Shown piece by piece: positions 33,572-44,924 of a stretch of DNA of 64,000 nucleotides. Origin of the DNA: Naegleria gruberi (lineage: Eukaryota). The stretch's first letter is position 1. Each line of letters starts with the position of its first letter. Location of the stretch: NCBI GenBank assembly GCA_000004985.1, contig GG738862.1. One strand, given 5' to 3'. The translations under genes and the position numbers were made by a program. Below the pieces are notes generated by a model. It was not told the DNA's origin. It ran no database searches and saw only the letters and a program-made list of their open reading frames with translations.

Positions 33572-34561
33572 ATGTTGGCAAACACACCTCTCAATTTTCT
33601 CTATAACATCCTTGAAACACTAAGAAATGAATGTGAAGCTGATTCCGATCCCCTATTTAAATTGGATCCAAATTTTCAACAATTAGATACTTGTATTAGA
33701 AATGGAGATCTTTCACAAATTGCAAACTTACTTTCCACAACAGATTCCATTAAATTTATTCAACCATCAAGAGAAGGTCTGAATGAAGCAACTCCTTGTG
33801 TAAACTATCCATTAGAATTGGCTGTCAAATTAGGAAATATTGAATGTATTGAATTTTTATTACAAAATGGAGCCAAGCAAGATTCTGATACAGCATGTTG
33901 GGGTTTATGGAATGATTGTCATCATAGTCGTGCCTTTATACTTGCCTGTCTTTTGAAAAATCCAACCATTGTCAAAACTTTAATGAAATTTGGCATAAAT
34001 GGTGGATGGAATAATCAATTACACAGTCGATACTACAGTTACACATACAATCATTTATTAGTTTCAATACTGAATCAAGATCTTGAAATTACCAGAATTA
34101 TTCTATCTCACAAACCAGACCTGGTCAACCAATCATGTTGTCATTTGACTACAAGAACTTATCCAGATGAAGATGTGAATCCATTGGCTGTTGCGTGTAC
34201 TGTTGGTAATGTGAACATGGTAAAAATGTTAGTTGAGGACTTTTCTGCAAAGATGAATGATGGCCAAGTCAGTCGTTATTACATTTGTCCAAAACCTTTG
34301 GTGTGTGCTGCTAAATATGGACATTTAAATGTTGTGAGATACTTATTAAGGAAAGGTGTTATTACAAGCGATTTGGAAGATGGATTGGAAGATGGAGAGG
34401 AAGAAAAATTGATTAATTTACAAATTGTGGCATTGGTGAGGGAACAAGAAGGGTTATTGCAAAGAACTGCTGAAAATTTTGTTGGTCAATTGAAAAAATC
34501 TCAAGATCATCGATCATATTGTGATATTGCCATTGTTTCTTATTCTAAGCTATTGCATTAA
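33572..34561 (+). CDS. ankyrin-repeat protein
   Basis: Repeats YPLELAVKLGNIECIEFLLQNGAKQD, PLAVACTVGNVNMVKMLVEDFSAK and KPLVCAAKYGHLNVVRYLLRKGV. The track start is TTG; the first ATG is at 33572. Confidence 0.65.
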   Translation: MLANTPLNFLYNILETLRNECEADSDPLFKLDPNFQQLDTCIRNGDLSQIANLLSTTDSIKFIQPSREGLNEATPCVNYPLELAVKLGNIECIEFLLQNGAKQDSDTACWGLWNDCHHSRAFILACLLKNPTIVKTLMKFGINGGWNNQLHSRYYSYTYNHLLVSILNQDLEITRIILSHKPDLVNQSCCHLTTRTYPDEDVNPLAVACTVGNVNMVKMLVEDFSAKMNDGQVSRYYICPKPLVCAAKYGHLNVVRYLLRKGVITSDLEDGLEDGEEEKLINLQIVALVREQEGLLQRTAENFVGQLKKSQDHRSYCDIAIVSYSKLLH

Positions 34562-34699
34562 ATTTAAGGACTTCTATTAGATGCACATAGGTGTTGAAGG
34601 ACTTGAATATACACAAAATGAAACAATTAATCTTGATTTAATTTAATTCTACTATTAATAAATCAAGAAACCTTGAATATCTAAATTCAAGTACAGACC

Positions 34700-35614
34700 T
34701 TAATAATTCTTAATATCTACACAAGTTGGTCTCTTATTTGGGTCTCTTGACAACATGGCAATAACAAATTCACAAAGTTGTGTTGAATATTGTCTGGAAA
34801 GTAAATGTTCACTCACTCTTTTGAGTACACTCTCCTCGGCTTCATACATGAGCTTGTCAGTGACTGAGAAATCGAAACCACTTGCTGACATACTTTGTAC
34901 AAGTGTTACTCCAAGAGAAAATATATCAACACTATAATCGTACTTTCTTGAAAATACCTCAGGAGCCATATAAAGCAGCGTTCCAACCACACTATTGCTT
35001 GTTTCTCCAAGATCTTTAGCCTCTCCATAATCTCCAATGACAATATTGATTTCCTCCTTTTCAATATCAAAGGATTCAATGAAAATATTCTTTGGTTTGA
35101 TATCTCTGTGAATTATTAGCTTTTCATTGTGGAGATAATCTAAACCATCACCCAATTGTTTCATCATTTTGATAATGACACTTTCTGGTAATGCATTTTC
35201 TTGCTTCTTCAATAATGTTTCCAAATCACCATTGTAAAATTTCATTACAATGCAAATAGAATTGAGTAGTTCAGACTCAAAAAATTCATAAACCTGTACC
35301 AATCTTGGATGTTTGTAAGAAACAGTCTTGGAGCACTCATCAATAATCTTTGAGTGTTTGTTCTCCTCAATACTAATAGTTTTAATGGCCACTGGTTGGT
35401 TTTGTTTTTTCACATCAACACAAAGATAACATTTTCCAAAAGAACCTTTTCCAATCACTTCCTGTATCTGATAACGATCTTTAAGTAAGGAAAATGTGCT
35501 TGCGGAATTGGTTGGATTGAGTGATTTTGATGAAGAGGAAACAATGGAAGACACTTTGCTAGTGCTAAGGAAAGAATCGGTCGGATAATCTGAAGTTGGT
35601 GAGTTTTCAAACAT
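34700..35614 (-). CDS. Ser/Thr protein kinase catalytic domain (304 aa); its ATG immediately follows the TGA stop of the upstream ectodomain/TM ORF
   Basis: GKGSFGKCYLCVDV...VAIKTI, HRDIKPKNIFIE, DYGEAK, GTLLYMAPEV. See the finding on the TGA-ATG junction. Confidence 0.7.
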   Translation of the reverse strand: MFENSPTSDYPTDSFLSTSKVSSIVSSSSKSLNPTNSASTFSLLKDRYQIQEVIGKGSFGKCYLCVDVKKQNQPVAIKTISIEENKHSKIIDECSKTVSYKHPRLVQVYEFFESELLNSICIVMKFYNGDLETLLKKQENALPESVIIKMMKQLGDGLDYLHNEKLIIHRDIKPKNIFIESFDIEKEEINIVIGDYGEAKDLGETSNSVVGTLLYMAPEVFSRKYDYSVDIFSLGVTLVQSMSASGFDFSVTDKLMYEAEESVLKRVSEHLLSRQYSTQLCEFVIAMLSRDPNKRPTCVDIKNY

Positions 35615-38600
35615 TCAAGATGATTTGATAGGTTCTATCAATGGATTCACAGATTTCATAGTCATGGCACTATTCGCATTCTCATCAATCAACTCAAAAT
35701 CATTCTTTACACTTTCGTCTAGTTTCTTACCAGGTGGTTTCTTCACAAACTTTCTAGAAACAACAATAGCAATCACTATTATTACAATAACTACAATAAT
35801 CAATAAAACTACAACCACCACCACAACCGAGACCACAATAGCCACAGTAGTATTGCTCTGACCCTCTCCACCTGTTACAACTTTTGAAATGGTAGCACAA
35901 TCAACACCCTCCCAGCCACTTAAACAGGAACATGTTCCATTGAAAGTGCAATTTCCATTACCATTACAATTCTGTAAAGATTCACAGGATGCTAAAGAAC
36001 ATTGAGAATTTCCCTTCCATCCCTTGTCACATGTACAAATATTACTTCCAGAACAAGTACCATGAGAGGAACAATTATTGACACCTTCACATGTGAATAT
36101 GGAACAATCCAGTGAACCTTTCCATCCAGAATTACATTCACAGCTATTACTACTCTTGCAATTTCCATTTCCATTACAATTATTGTAAATTTCACAGGAG
36201 AATTGACTGCATTGAGAATTTCCCTTCCAACCCAAATCACAAGTGCAAGTATTATTACCAATACATAACCCATGAGAATTACAGTTATTGACACCTTCAC
36301 ATGTGAAAATGGAGCAATTCAAAGAACCCTTCCATCCTGAATTGCACTCACATGTATTATTCAGCTTACAATACCCATTTCCATGACAATTATTGAGAAT
36401 TTCACAGGAAGGTTCTGAGCACTGCATATTTTTCCATCCAGATTGACACAAACATGAATTATTTCCAATACAATCACCATGTGATGAGCAATTACTGACC
36501 CCTTCACATGAAAAAAGCGAACAGTTATTGGAGCCCATCCATCCTGAATCACATAGACATGTGTTATTGTTCACACACTTTCCCTTACCAGTGCAATTGT
36601 TATATAACTCACAAGAGAATTGAGTACATTGTAAATTTCCTCTCCAACCAGAATCACATTGACAAGTATTGTTTCCAACACATATTCCTTTACCATTACA
36701 CTCATTCAAGGCATCACATGAATATTTAGAACATGTGGAAGAACCTCTCCATCCTGAATTGCACTCACATTGATTATTGGTAGAGTTACATACTCCATTA
36801 TTGTAACAACTTCTACTAACATCGCACGGATCAGTTATTTTCCTAATCCTGTGATTGGAAGTATCTGCCAAATATATTGAACCATCCACAGGAGAAAGTG
36901 CCAGGCCTGTGACACCAAAGAATTTTGTACTTAAAGCTGGCAGGTTTTCTCCATTGTAACCATATGTACCTATTCCAGCAATTGTAATAATTGTTCCATT
37001 TGTCAAAATTTTTCTAACTCTATAATTGTACTTATCTGAGAATAAAATTTCACCATTCGAAAGTATATGAATTCCACTTGGTTCAGACAAATGTGCATTC
37101 ACTGCCAAGATGTTATCTCCATTGTAAGCTCTTGTTCCAGTTCCTGCAACTCGAATTACAGTACCATTTGTCAAGACTTTTCTAATGACGTGATTGGAAG
37201 AGTCAGCAATCAACAAATCTCCGTTTGGATAAACATCCAGTCCATTGGGAAAGAATAATTTAGTATTAACAGCCAAAACATCACCCGGATCGTAACCATA
37301 AATCCCAGTTCCCGCATAAGTTATCAATGTTCCATTACTTAAAATCTTTTTAACTCTATGACTCTTTGTCGAGAAATAAATCTCATTACCAAATAGTGCC
37401 AAAGCTTTTGGTTGTCCAATCCCAATATTTGTGGCCAAATCAACAAAAGTATCTTCTGTGTAAGAACCTGTTCCAGCAATTGTTACAATCGTTCCATTTG
37501 TAAGAACCTTTCTAATTCTATAATTTTCAGTATCTGCAATATATAATTCATTAGTAGAGGAAAGTAAAATACCACTTGGATTTTTGATATTTGCATTAAT
37601 AGCAAGAATGTAATCGCCATTATAACTTGGAGAATTTCGAAAATTTCCTCGTCCAACAACAGTTACAATTTGTCCATTGGATAGAATTTTTCTAATTCTT
37701 GAATTGCCAGTATCAGAAATATAGACCTCTCCACTATTCGAAACCACAACAGACTCTGGTGATTTCAGTTTGGCATTTACTGCTAAAATATTATCTCCAT
37801 TGTAACCACTATTTAAATCTAACATATTACCAGCAGTTGTTACAATGTAGCCATCTGGTTTAATCTTTCTCACTCTTCCATTACTATAAAATTCACTGCT
37901 TTCAGAAAAATACACGTCACCTGTCTCTGATACTGCAATTCCTCTTGTGTTTTGTAAAGTGGCAGTTGTTGCAAGTATGTTATCTTGAAAATTTGAATTA
38001 AAAATGTCCAAACTTCCACCAATAACAGTAGTTGTACCATTTTCAATGGAATATTGTAGAACTCTTCTATTCGATTCTGTGTAATAAACTGAACTATTCG
38101 AAACTGTAAGTGCAGTAATAGTATCAACAAGAGAATTATCTTTCTTAACGATTGAAACAATAGTTCCATTTGTAAAAACCTTTCTCACTAAAATATCACC
38201 TGACATTCCAATATATAACTCACCAGTACTTTGTGAAATTCCAATAACCATACTACTGGGCAACTGAGTAGAAAGTGCTGAAATATACTCAGCAGTCTGA
38301 GTTCCACCACCTGCATATCTAGTAATCTTTCCATCTGTTCCAATCTTTCTAATAATAGTTGAATCAGCGATGTATATTTCATCACCTACTCCTTCAATGT
38401 TTCGAATAGTTAAACTATAGGGAAAGTATAATTCTGCATAGATTGCTAGACCGCCATTACCTCCACTTCCTTGAATTCCTGTACCACATATTGTTGAAAT
38501 TATACCATTCACAATCTTTCTAATCCTGAGTGTATCTGTTGAGAGAATTTTAATATTATTCGAAAGCAATGACAAGTACTAACCTGCTATATAAATATGA

Positions 38601-38962
38601 CCAGTGGCTTGCGATACTGCTACTCCATATGGGGAATTTAACACAGCCAAAGTAGCCAATTGATTATCACCATTGAATCCACGTGAAGCCATCCAACCAG
38701 CAACTGAAACTATTGTTCCATTCGAAAGTATTTTTCTAATCATTGAATTTACACTATCAGTAATATACAATTCATTATTGTGAAAAGCTAGTTGCCTTGG
38801 ACCATAGAGCTCTGCTTGGGTTGCCAATTGATTATCACCATTGTAGCCGTAAGGAAGTGATCCAGCAATAGTTGTGATGGTTTGGCATTTGACTGGAGTA
38901 AAAACGTGAAGAAAGAGAGTGAAGAATAATATCAAAATGACGAAGAAAAAGTGCAATTTCAT
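35615..38962 (-). CDS. type I membrane protein: signal peptide, about 12 NHL repeats, about 9 tenascin-type EGF repeats, TM helix, short cytoplasmic tail; 2 exons with a 48-nt intron at 38536..38583
   Basis: Exon 1 MKLHFFFVILILFFTLFLHVF is the signal peptide and begins the NHL repeats (YGYNGDNQLAT..LYITD..IRKI). The GTTAGT...CAACAG intron joins ...HIYIA-D-TLRIRKIVNG. The EGF array has repeated C-x-C-x-S-G-W-x-G-x-x-C units. TM VAIVVSVVVVVVVLLIIVVIVIIVIAIVV. TGA stop at 35615. Confidence 0.7.
35930..36850 (-). repeat. internal tandem array of about 9 EGF-like coding repeats (about 93 nt each) inside the NHL/EGF gene
   Basis: The periodic protein repeat (F/Y)SC(E)..NNC.G.G.C..NN.C.C.SGW.G is visible in the ORF translation. 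Coordinates are approximate. Confidence 0.5.
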
Positions 38963-39271
38963 CTTGTTTTTTTATGAGAATTTGTCTGTTAAAAAGATTT
39001 GTGAGTGACAGGTTAAGATTAGTAAATTAGTAAGAGTGATGTGACAGGTAAAAGACACGCTTTCTAATTTAAGGTCCAATATGATTGTCCTCATTGCTGT
39101 TTTGGAACGAACTAGAACATTTGAATGTTTACAATGCAGCCAAGTGCAAAAATAGCAATATTCAACAACAAGCTACTCCAGAGTTTGGGATGATGAATCC
39201 ATCAATTAAAAAATTACTGCTGATTGAAAGTTTGGTTTGGTGAATAAAAAATTCAATGTAAAAAAAGTATC

Positions 39272-39343
39272 CTCCCATGCCGGGAATTGAACCCGGACCT
39301 CCTGGGTGAAAGCCAGGTATCCTAGCCATTGGACTACACGGGA
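39272..39343 (-). tRNA. tRNA-Glu (anticodon UUC), 72 nt
   Basis: Reverse complement: TCCCGTGTAGTCCAATGGCTAGGATACCTGGCTTTCACCCAGGAGGTCCGGGTTCAATTCCCGGCATGGGAG. The 7-bp acceptor stem TCCCGTG/CATGGGA pairs. The anticodon loop is CT-TTC-AC. The B-box is GGTTCAATTCC. A T8 run 3 nt downstream acts as a Pol III terminator. Confidence 0.9.
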
Positions 39344-39397
39344 TTACAATATCAATGAAAATATTCCACAATCGAAAATAAAGCTGCCATTATCAAT

Positions 39398-40156
39398 TTA
39401 ATTAAATTGACTGTTTTGATATTCCACATATTCATTCTCAATCATTTCAACATCGTCCTCCGTAAATCTTTCTCTGTTTTGAGAAAAGACAATTTGGTAG
39501 TATGGCAGAAACCATTTCAATACAGAGCAAGCATAATTGATTTCTTCGTTGTGAGAACAATGAATTCCAATGACCTTATTGTTAAAAGTTTGGCTCTTAA
39601 TGAAATCTCTCACATTTTGAGGTTTTTGAAGAGGATCATTAACAGGCAATCTCATAACATCAGAAACAGTAATATTACAAGTTAATAAGGGTGATCCAGA
39701 GTTTGAGGAGCAGGTATTTACAAAATGGGGAATGATGAAATCTGATATTCTCTTGTCAGATAGCCATCCTAAACTCATAGAAAACTGAGTGTCAGGAATC
39801 AATCTCAGTATCTGTTCATATGGAACTCCAGTATCTTTACACTTTTCAATATCAGATTTCATGTATGGTGAAGGAATGGAAAGCCCAAATACAAAGCAAG
39901 AATAATTATCTGGAATGGTTTCTGAATTTTGCGGATTCACCTTTAATACCTGAGATGGGGATGGTATTAAATAGTTTGGAGAACCATACTCCATATAGTT
40001 TTCAAATGAGAGGATGGCCCAGTCTTCTGCAATCCCGCTTTCAGATATCTTTTCATAATCTCCCACTGCTTCAATTTGACATTCAAAACAATACTGTTGT
40101 GTTTTTTCGATATCCTTAGTTTGATTAAAGCTTCCATATACTTTTTTCAATGTCAT
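39398..40156 (-). CDS. putative chymotrypsin-fold (V8/Glu-endopeptidase-like) serine peptidase domain protein
   Basis: TCSSNSGSPLL ... NNKVIGIHCSH resembles the GNSGSPV ... VIGIHWGG blocks of V8-like S1B peptidases. The rest is unrecognised. Weak call. Confidence 0.4.
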   Translation of the reverse strand: MTLKKVYGSFNQTKDIEKTQQYCFECQIEAVGDYEKISESGIAEDWAILSFENYMEYGSPNYLIPSPSQVLKVNPQNSETIPDNYSCFVFGLSIPSPYMKSDIEKCKDTGVPYEQILRLIPDTQFSMSLGWLSDKRISDFIIPHFVNTCSSNSGSPLLTCNITVSDVMRLPVNDPLQKPQNVRDFIKSQTFNNKVIGIHCSHNEEINYACSVLKWFLPYYQIVFSQNRERFTEDDVEMIENEYVEYQNSQFN

Positions 40157-40234
40157 TATTGTTTCAGATGAGGAATGATTCTTACAACAATGAGCACAAC
40201 TTATTAAATAATTCTTTTTTTCTGTTGAAAAAGG

Positions 40235-41815
40235 AGCTACAAGAAATCCTGTAGAGATGGTACTAAGTGACGGTGAAACGGGGGACGGATGAGACGGAGA
40301 ACACTCAGTTTCTTACTAAAGACGGGAGAAGAGCATCCGCTTAATACTGATGACGGTAAACCAAAATGGAAAATGCACAACCTTAGTAACACCGATAAAT
40401 TGAATGATACATTTATACAATTGAATTTTCCAATTATATTAAATAGATTCTCTTGTGTTGTTTGGCTTGAATTGTTGGAACGAAAACCAAGCAAGGTATT
40501 ACGAGAGTTTGGTTGATTTTTTGAAGCAAGGTTTGTTTGTTCAGTTAAGAATATGTGAAAAAATATTTCAACATCTAGTACGTGATGTACTTTGATGATT
40601 CTTCGAGTGGTTTCACATCCGTAAGCTGCCAAACTTTCACATCATCATCTCAACATCATCTAAATAGTAGTAATAGTAGTAATTTTTATTATTGGACTTT
40701 CATCATAAAATAGTAAATCAATTTTTGGATTATAATTTTTCAAGTTGGTAAACCATCATCGGAACACTCACCAACCGTCATCATAGATATATTTAATATA
40801 GTAGAATAGTATGGGTGATTTCTATGTCTTGGAAATATCTTTATTTGGGTGAAACTCAACATTTTACTAAAATCATCATCACTGTTGAATCCATTGGAAA
40901 GATTGGAAAACTATTAATATAGGATTGTTGGAAATGGTCAATAGTAGCATAGTAAATTTGAACGGTGGATTTTCATCAAGTTTTGATAGGGATAGGTACA
41001 TGTGAATTTTAAAAAGTACATGGACCATAACTCAACATGTACTTCACCAACTTGGAAACTTTCTTCTAGTACTATTGTTTAAATCACTAATAAACACCAT
41101 ATTTAATATCAGTTTTTCATTATTTTGTGTTTTGGCTTGGAGAGAGATTTCTAGCCAAACCTTTTATGATTCACTCCTTCAAGAGTGATTCAAAAATTAT
41201 CAAACTCATTGTGAACATTACACAATGATATTAAAATAATAAAATTCTTGTTTTTTCTTTTTATTTCATTTCTTTCACCTTAAATCGAACAATTAACCTT
41301 ATTTCCTTAAACATCATTAAGATCAAATTGCATTTCAAATATAACCAACTTTTTCAACATCTACACGTTATAGGGATCACATTCATATCAATTAATCCAT
41401 ATTTTTCATTTTCAGTAAAAAATCAAAATTTGAACTTTCCAAAGTTTACTATTTACCTGAATTGTTTGAGAAGGAAACTTCTCATAAAAAGAAGGGTAGT
41501 TTCTCAACAGTGTTTTAATCAACTAAGTCAAATTATTTCATGTCATTCTTAAATTTGAGACAGAAAGAGTGAAATCTTTGATTTTAGTGAATATTCCACA
41601 ACAGAGGTGTTGTGTTTGTGAATTTATTTCCATTTTAAATTTTTCCATTTTGGATTTATTATAGAATGATACATTAGTATTTCCCTTAATTCCATTCTTG
41701 CTCCGTCTCTTACTGCTGACTGTCCCGTTTGACAGCTTATTACATCTGACGGATCCCGTTAGACGGGATTTACCGTCACACCGTCAATTAGTATCTCCTC
41801 TAAGACAATTGTTAT
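40235..41815. mobile_element. candidate non-autonomous DNA element (about 1.6 kb, no long ORF) bounded by inverted subterminal clusters of GACGG/AAACGG motifs
   Basis: Left end 40252..40370: tagagatggtactaagtgacggtgaaacgggggacggatgagacggag...gacgggag...tgacggtaaa. Reverse complement of the right end 41700..41800: gaggagatactaattgacggtgtgacggtaaatcccgtctaacgggatccgtcag...caaacggg...gagacggag. The two ends share tactaaKtgacggtg, aaacggg, gagacggag and tgacggtaaa in inverted orientation. These GC-rich islands sit in AT-rich DNA. Confidence 0.3.
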
Positions 41816-42123
41816 AATAATAGTTTTTTAAATATTTAGGAATTAGCAATCTACTGGCGTCCTTGCTGTGCTCAAGGAGAGAACGATCTTGTTTTAAAAT
41901 TAAAGTTTCATTTTGTTCTTTGTCTTTTTCCTCCTGAGGAGACGTTTCGTACTTAAGGTTGCGAAACTCTTCCAATGCTTGATATTCAAGCTCAGTGTAG
42001 ACTCTCATTTTTCTAAGGCAACAACAGGTATTTTCAGACTGTTTTGTGTTATTTGTGGAATTTTTTTAATATTAAAATTTATTTAAATGACAAAATTGGT
42101 AAACTCTTGAATTCAAAAATTAT

Positions 42124-44333
42124 TTACAAAATGGAAATATCCTCAATGGAACTTTCAACCTTAGATTCATTTTGAGAATTGATAATAGGTTGGGATTCCT
42201 CAAGTTTTGGCATGTCAATTTCACTCTTTCCGAACATCATTTGTCTTTCAGCCAATTTTCTATAGATACCATCTTCCTTCTTAATCAATTCATGATGAGT
42301 GCCTGATTCTTTCAATTCTCCCTTCACTAAGACATAGATAGTATCACAATTTTGAACAGTACTCAATCTGTGAGCAATACAAATGGAGGTTCTTCCTTGC
42401 ATGAGATTATCAAGAGCTGCCTGAACAAGTCCTTCACTTTCTGTGTCAAGGGCTGAAGTGGCTTCATCCAAGAGGAGAACTTGTGGATCTTGTAAAATAG
42501 CTCTGGCAATGGCAACACGTTGCTTTTGACCACCTGATAAGGAAACACCCTTTTCACCAAGTTTGGTGTCATATCCATCAGGTAAATCCATAATGAAATT
42601 ATGACAATTGGCAGATTTGGCAGCTTCTTCAATTTGAGTTTGAGAAACATTTTCACTACCAACTGCATAAGCAATATTTTCTCTGATAGTAGTTGCAAAC
42701 AATACAGGTTCTATTTAAATGAATTAATACGAAATTATTAAGAATTAAACATACCTTGTGTGACAATACCAATATTTCTATGGAGCCATTGTGGATCAAT
42801 ATCCTTAATATTATATCCATCAATGACAATATCTCCTTCTTGTGGATCATAGAATCTTTCCAATAAACCAACAATGGTTGACTTTCCTGAACCTGATGGA
42901 CCTACCAAAGCGACTGAAGTTCCTGGTTTAATGTCAATGGAAAAGTCAGTCAATACAGTAGCATTAGGTCTAGATGGATAGACAAACTTGACATTCTTAA
43001 TTTGAATGGAACCTTTCAATTTCTCTTCTGGAGCTTTTCCTCCCTTGAATGGAATGGCAGGTTCTCTCTTTAAAACTCTAAGAAGAGTTTTTTGAGACAT
43101 TTGTGCTTTGGAAAATTCTGGAACTTGAGTACCGGCTTGTGACAAACCAATGACACCAAAAAGCATCAAACCGAAAACCTTCATCATGGCACCAACAGAA
43201 ATTGTGCTTTCAGCAACTAAACCACCTCCATACTATTATTTCAAATTCAATTGGCGAAATAATTGTAAATAATTGTTAGAAATGAATTTTTGAAAACTTA
43301 CCCAAAATGATAAAGCAATAGTTCCCCAAAGAATAAATGAAACAGCTGCAAATGTTGTTCCTTGCAAAATTGCTTTAAAAAAACCATAAGTATTGATATT
43401 TTTCAAATCCTTAGCAAATCTCTCTTGTTCCTTCTCTTCACAACCCATACTCTTGACAGTTCTAAAACTAGAAACAACTTCAGTGGCAATAGAAGCAGAA
43501 TGTTCAGTTGCTCCATTTGTCTTTTTGGTCAATACTTCCACAATCTTGGACAAGACACCAACACCAAAGACTAACAATGGAGAAGTTGAAATCATTACCA
43601 AGGACATTTGCCAAGAGGAAACAAAGGCAAGCACAATACCAATAATGAATTGAGCAGTGTTTTGTAAAAGGAGGGCCAATTTGTTTGAGTAAACTTCTTG
43701 AATTTTGGAAATGTCTTCACTCAACGCAACTGTCAAGGCACCTGTCTTTTTGATATCAAAGAACCCCATTTCTTGTCTGGTCAATGCGTTGAAATAGGCT
43801 TTTCTCAATGAAACACCAATTCTTTCACTTGCCAAATTCAAAAAGAATTGAGACAGAAAACTAGCAACTGCAGACGCAGCAGCAATAATTGTAAATTTGA
43901 TAGCAATATCAGAAACACTTGCTTTCATAGAGTCTACTGTTGGAACAACACCATTCTTTGGTTGAAAAACATCCACCAAGTCACCCATCACAAATTGAAA
44001 ACTGAGTGGAATAACACCGTTACCCAAACTTCCAATAGCTCCAATCAATACCAACAACCAATTCCATCCAAAAATCTTGAAAATGATCATGTTATCCTTT
44101 CCAGTAAGTGTTGGTTCTCTCTCATCTTTAATTTCTTCAGAATTTGGTTTTTCTTCTTTCTTCTTTTTGAATCGTTTAAATGGATTTCTACTTGGTCTTT
44201 CTTCTGGTGCTTGTTTTGCACCAGCGTTTGTATTATTCAATTGTTCTTTATCTATTGTCGTTACAGTTGTTGTCGTTTGATCGGAAGAGCCAGTGTTGAT
44301 CAAGGCTTCCTTATTCACTTCCTTTTTCGTCAT
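42124..44333 (-). CDS. ABCB-type half transporter (TMD-NBD), 698 aa; 3 exons 44333..43302, 43232..42755 and 42710..42124
   Basis: Introns GTAAGTTTTC...AATAG (43233..43301, after ...ILW) and GTATGT...TAAATAG (42711..42754, phase 1) restore one frame. Walker [13 protein letters not shown] signature [16 protein letters not shown]. Walker [13 protein letters not shown]. Six TMD helices in exon 1. The true ATG is at 44333 (MTKKEVNKE). Confidence 0.8.
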
Positions 44334-44924
44334 ATTTTCAATATTTACAATCTTTTTCAATTATTGTTATTATTACTACAGATTCCAGATTCAAAATTGT
44401 AAATTAAAATATTACAACAATAATGGAGTGAGAACTTTTTTTTAGACTTGTATTTTAGTTGCTTCTATCAAAATTGAGATGAAATATTGAAAATTAAATG
44501 GGTGTTTGGCGATCCGTAATGGCGCTGAAAAGGTTATATTTGGATGAATTGCTGAATATGGCGTGATGGAATCCCGTGGCGGCATTGAACTAACTTTGGA
44601 TGCTTGGTATTAGATGAGATGGTAGATCAAACAATTAATAGAATGGATAAGTGGAAATATCATGGGGATATTTAGATTGGCTGAAAACTGTAAATCTTTT
44701 ATGTTGTAAAGGATTTTGATTGAATGATTAAGGAAATGGTAAATGGTTGAAACGAATAATTCATCAATAATGTAATGGAAATGTTTCTAGTGATCTTCAA
44801 AGCACAATCACAAGTATTGAGTTTTAAGAGAGCATAATAAGCTTGGTGAAGATACCCATAGTAATCTTAATCACGATAATTTCAAGCCTGCCGTTATTAA
44901 CAAAGGATTAAGCTTTAGAAAAAA

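Noticed and set aside
35615-35617. The idea that TGA is reassigned to a sense codon (or that the nuclear code is non-standard), which could explain the TGA-ATG and ATGA junctions
   Set aside because: Highly conserved genes such as rpl19, NMD3 and Miro translate end-to-end without needing TGA as sense. The long ORFs shown end in TAA, TAG or TGA, all at positions consistent with being true stops. There is no evidence for reassignment from this window.
39162-39371. 69-aa minus-strand ORF overlapping the tRNA-Glu gene
   Set aside because: Its sequence is the tRNA read as protein (…MARIPGFHPGGPGSIPGM…). The tRNA cloverleaf, B-box and Pol III terminator explain the region fully.
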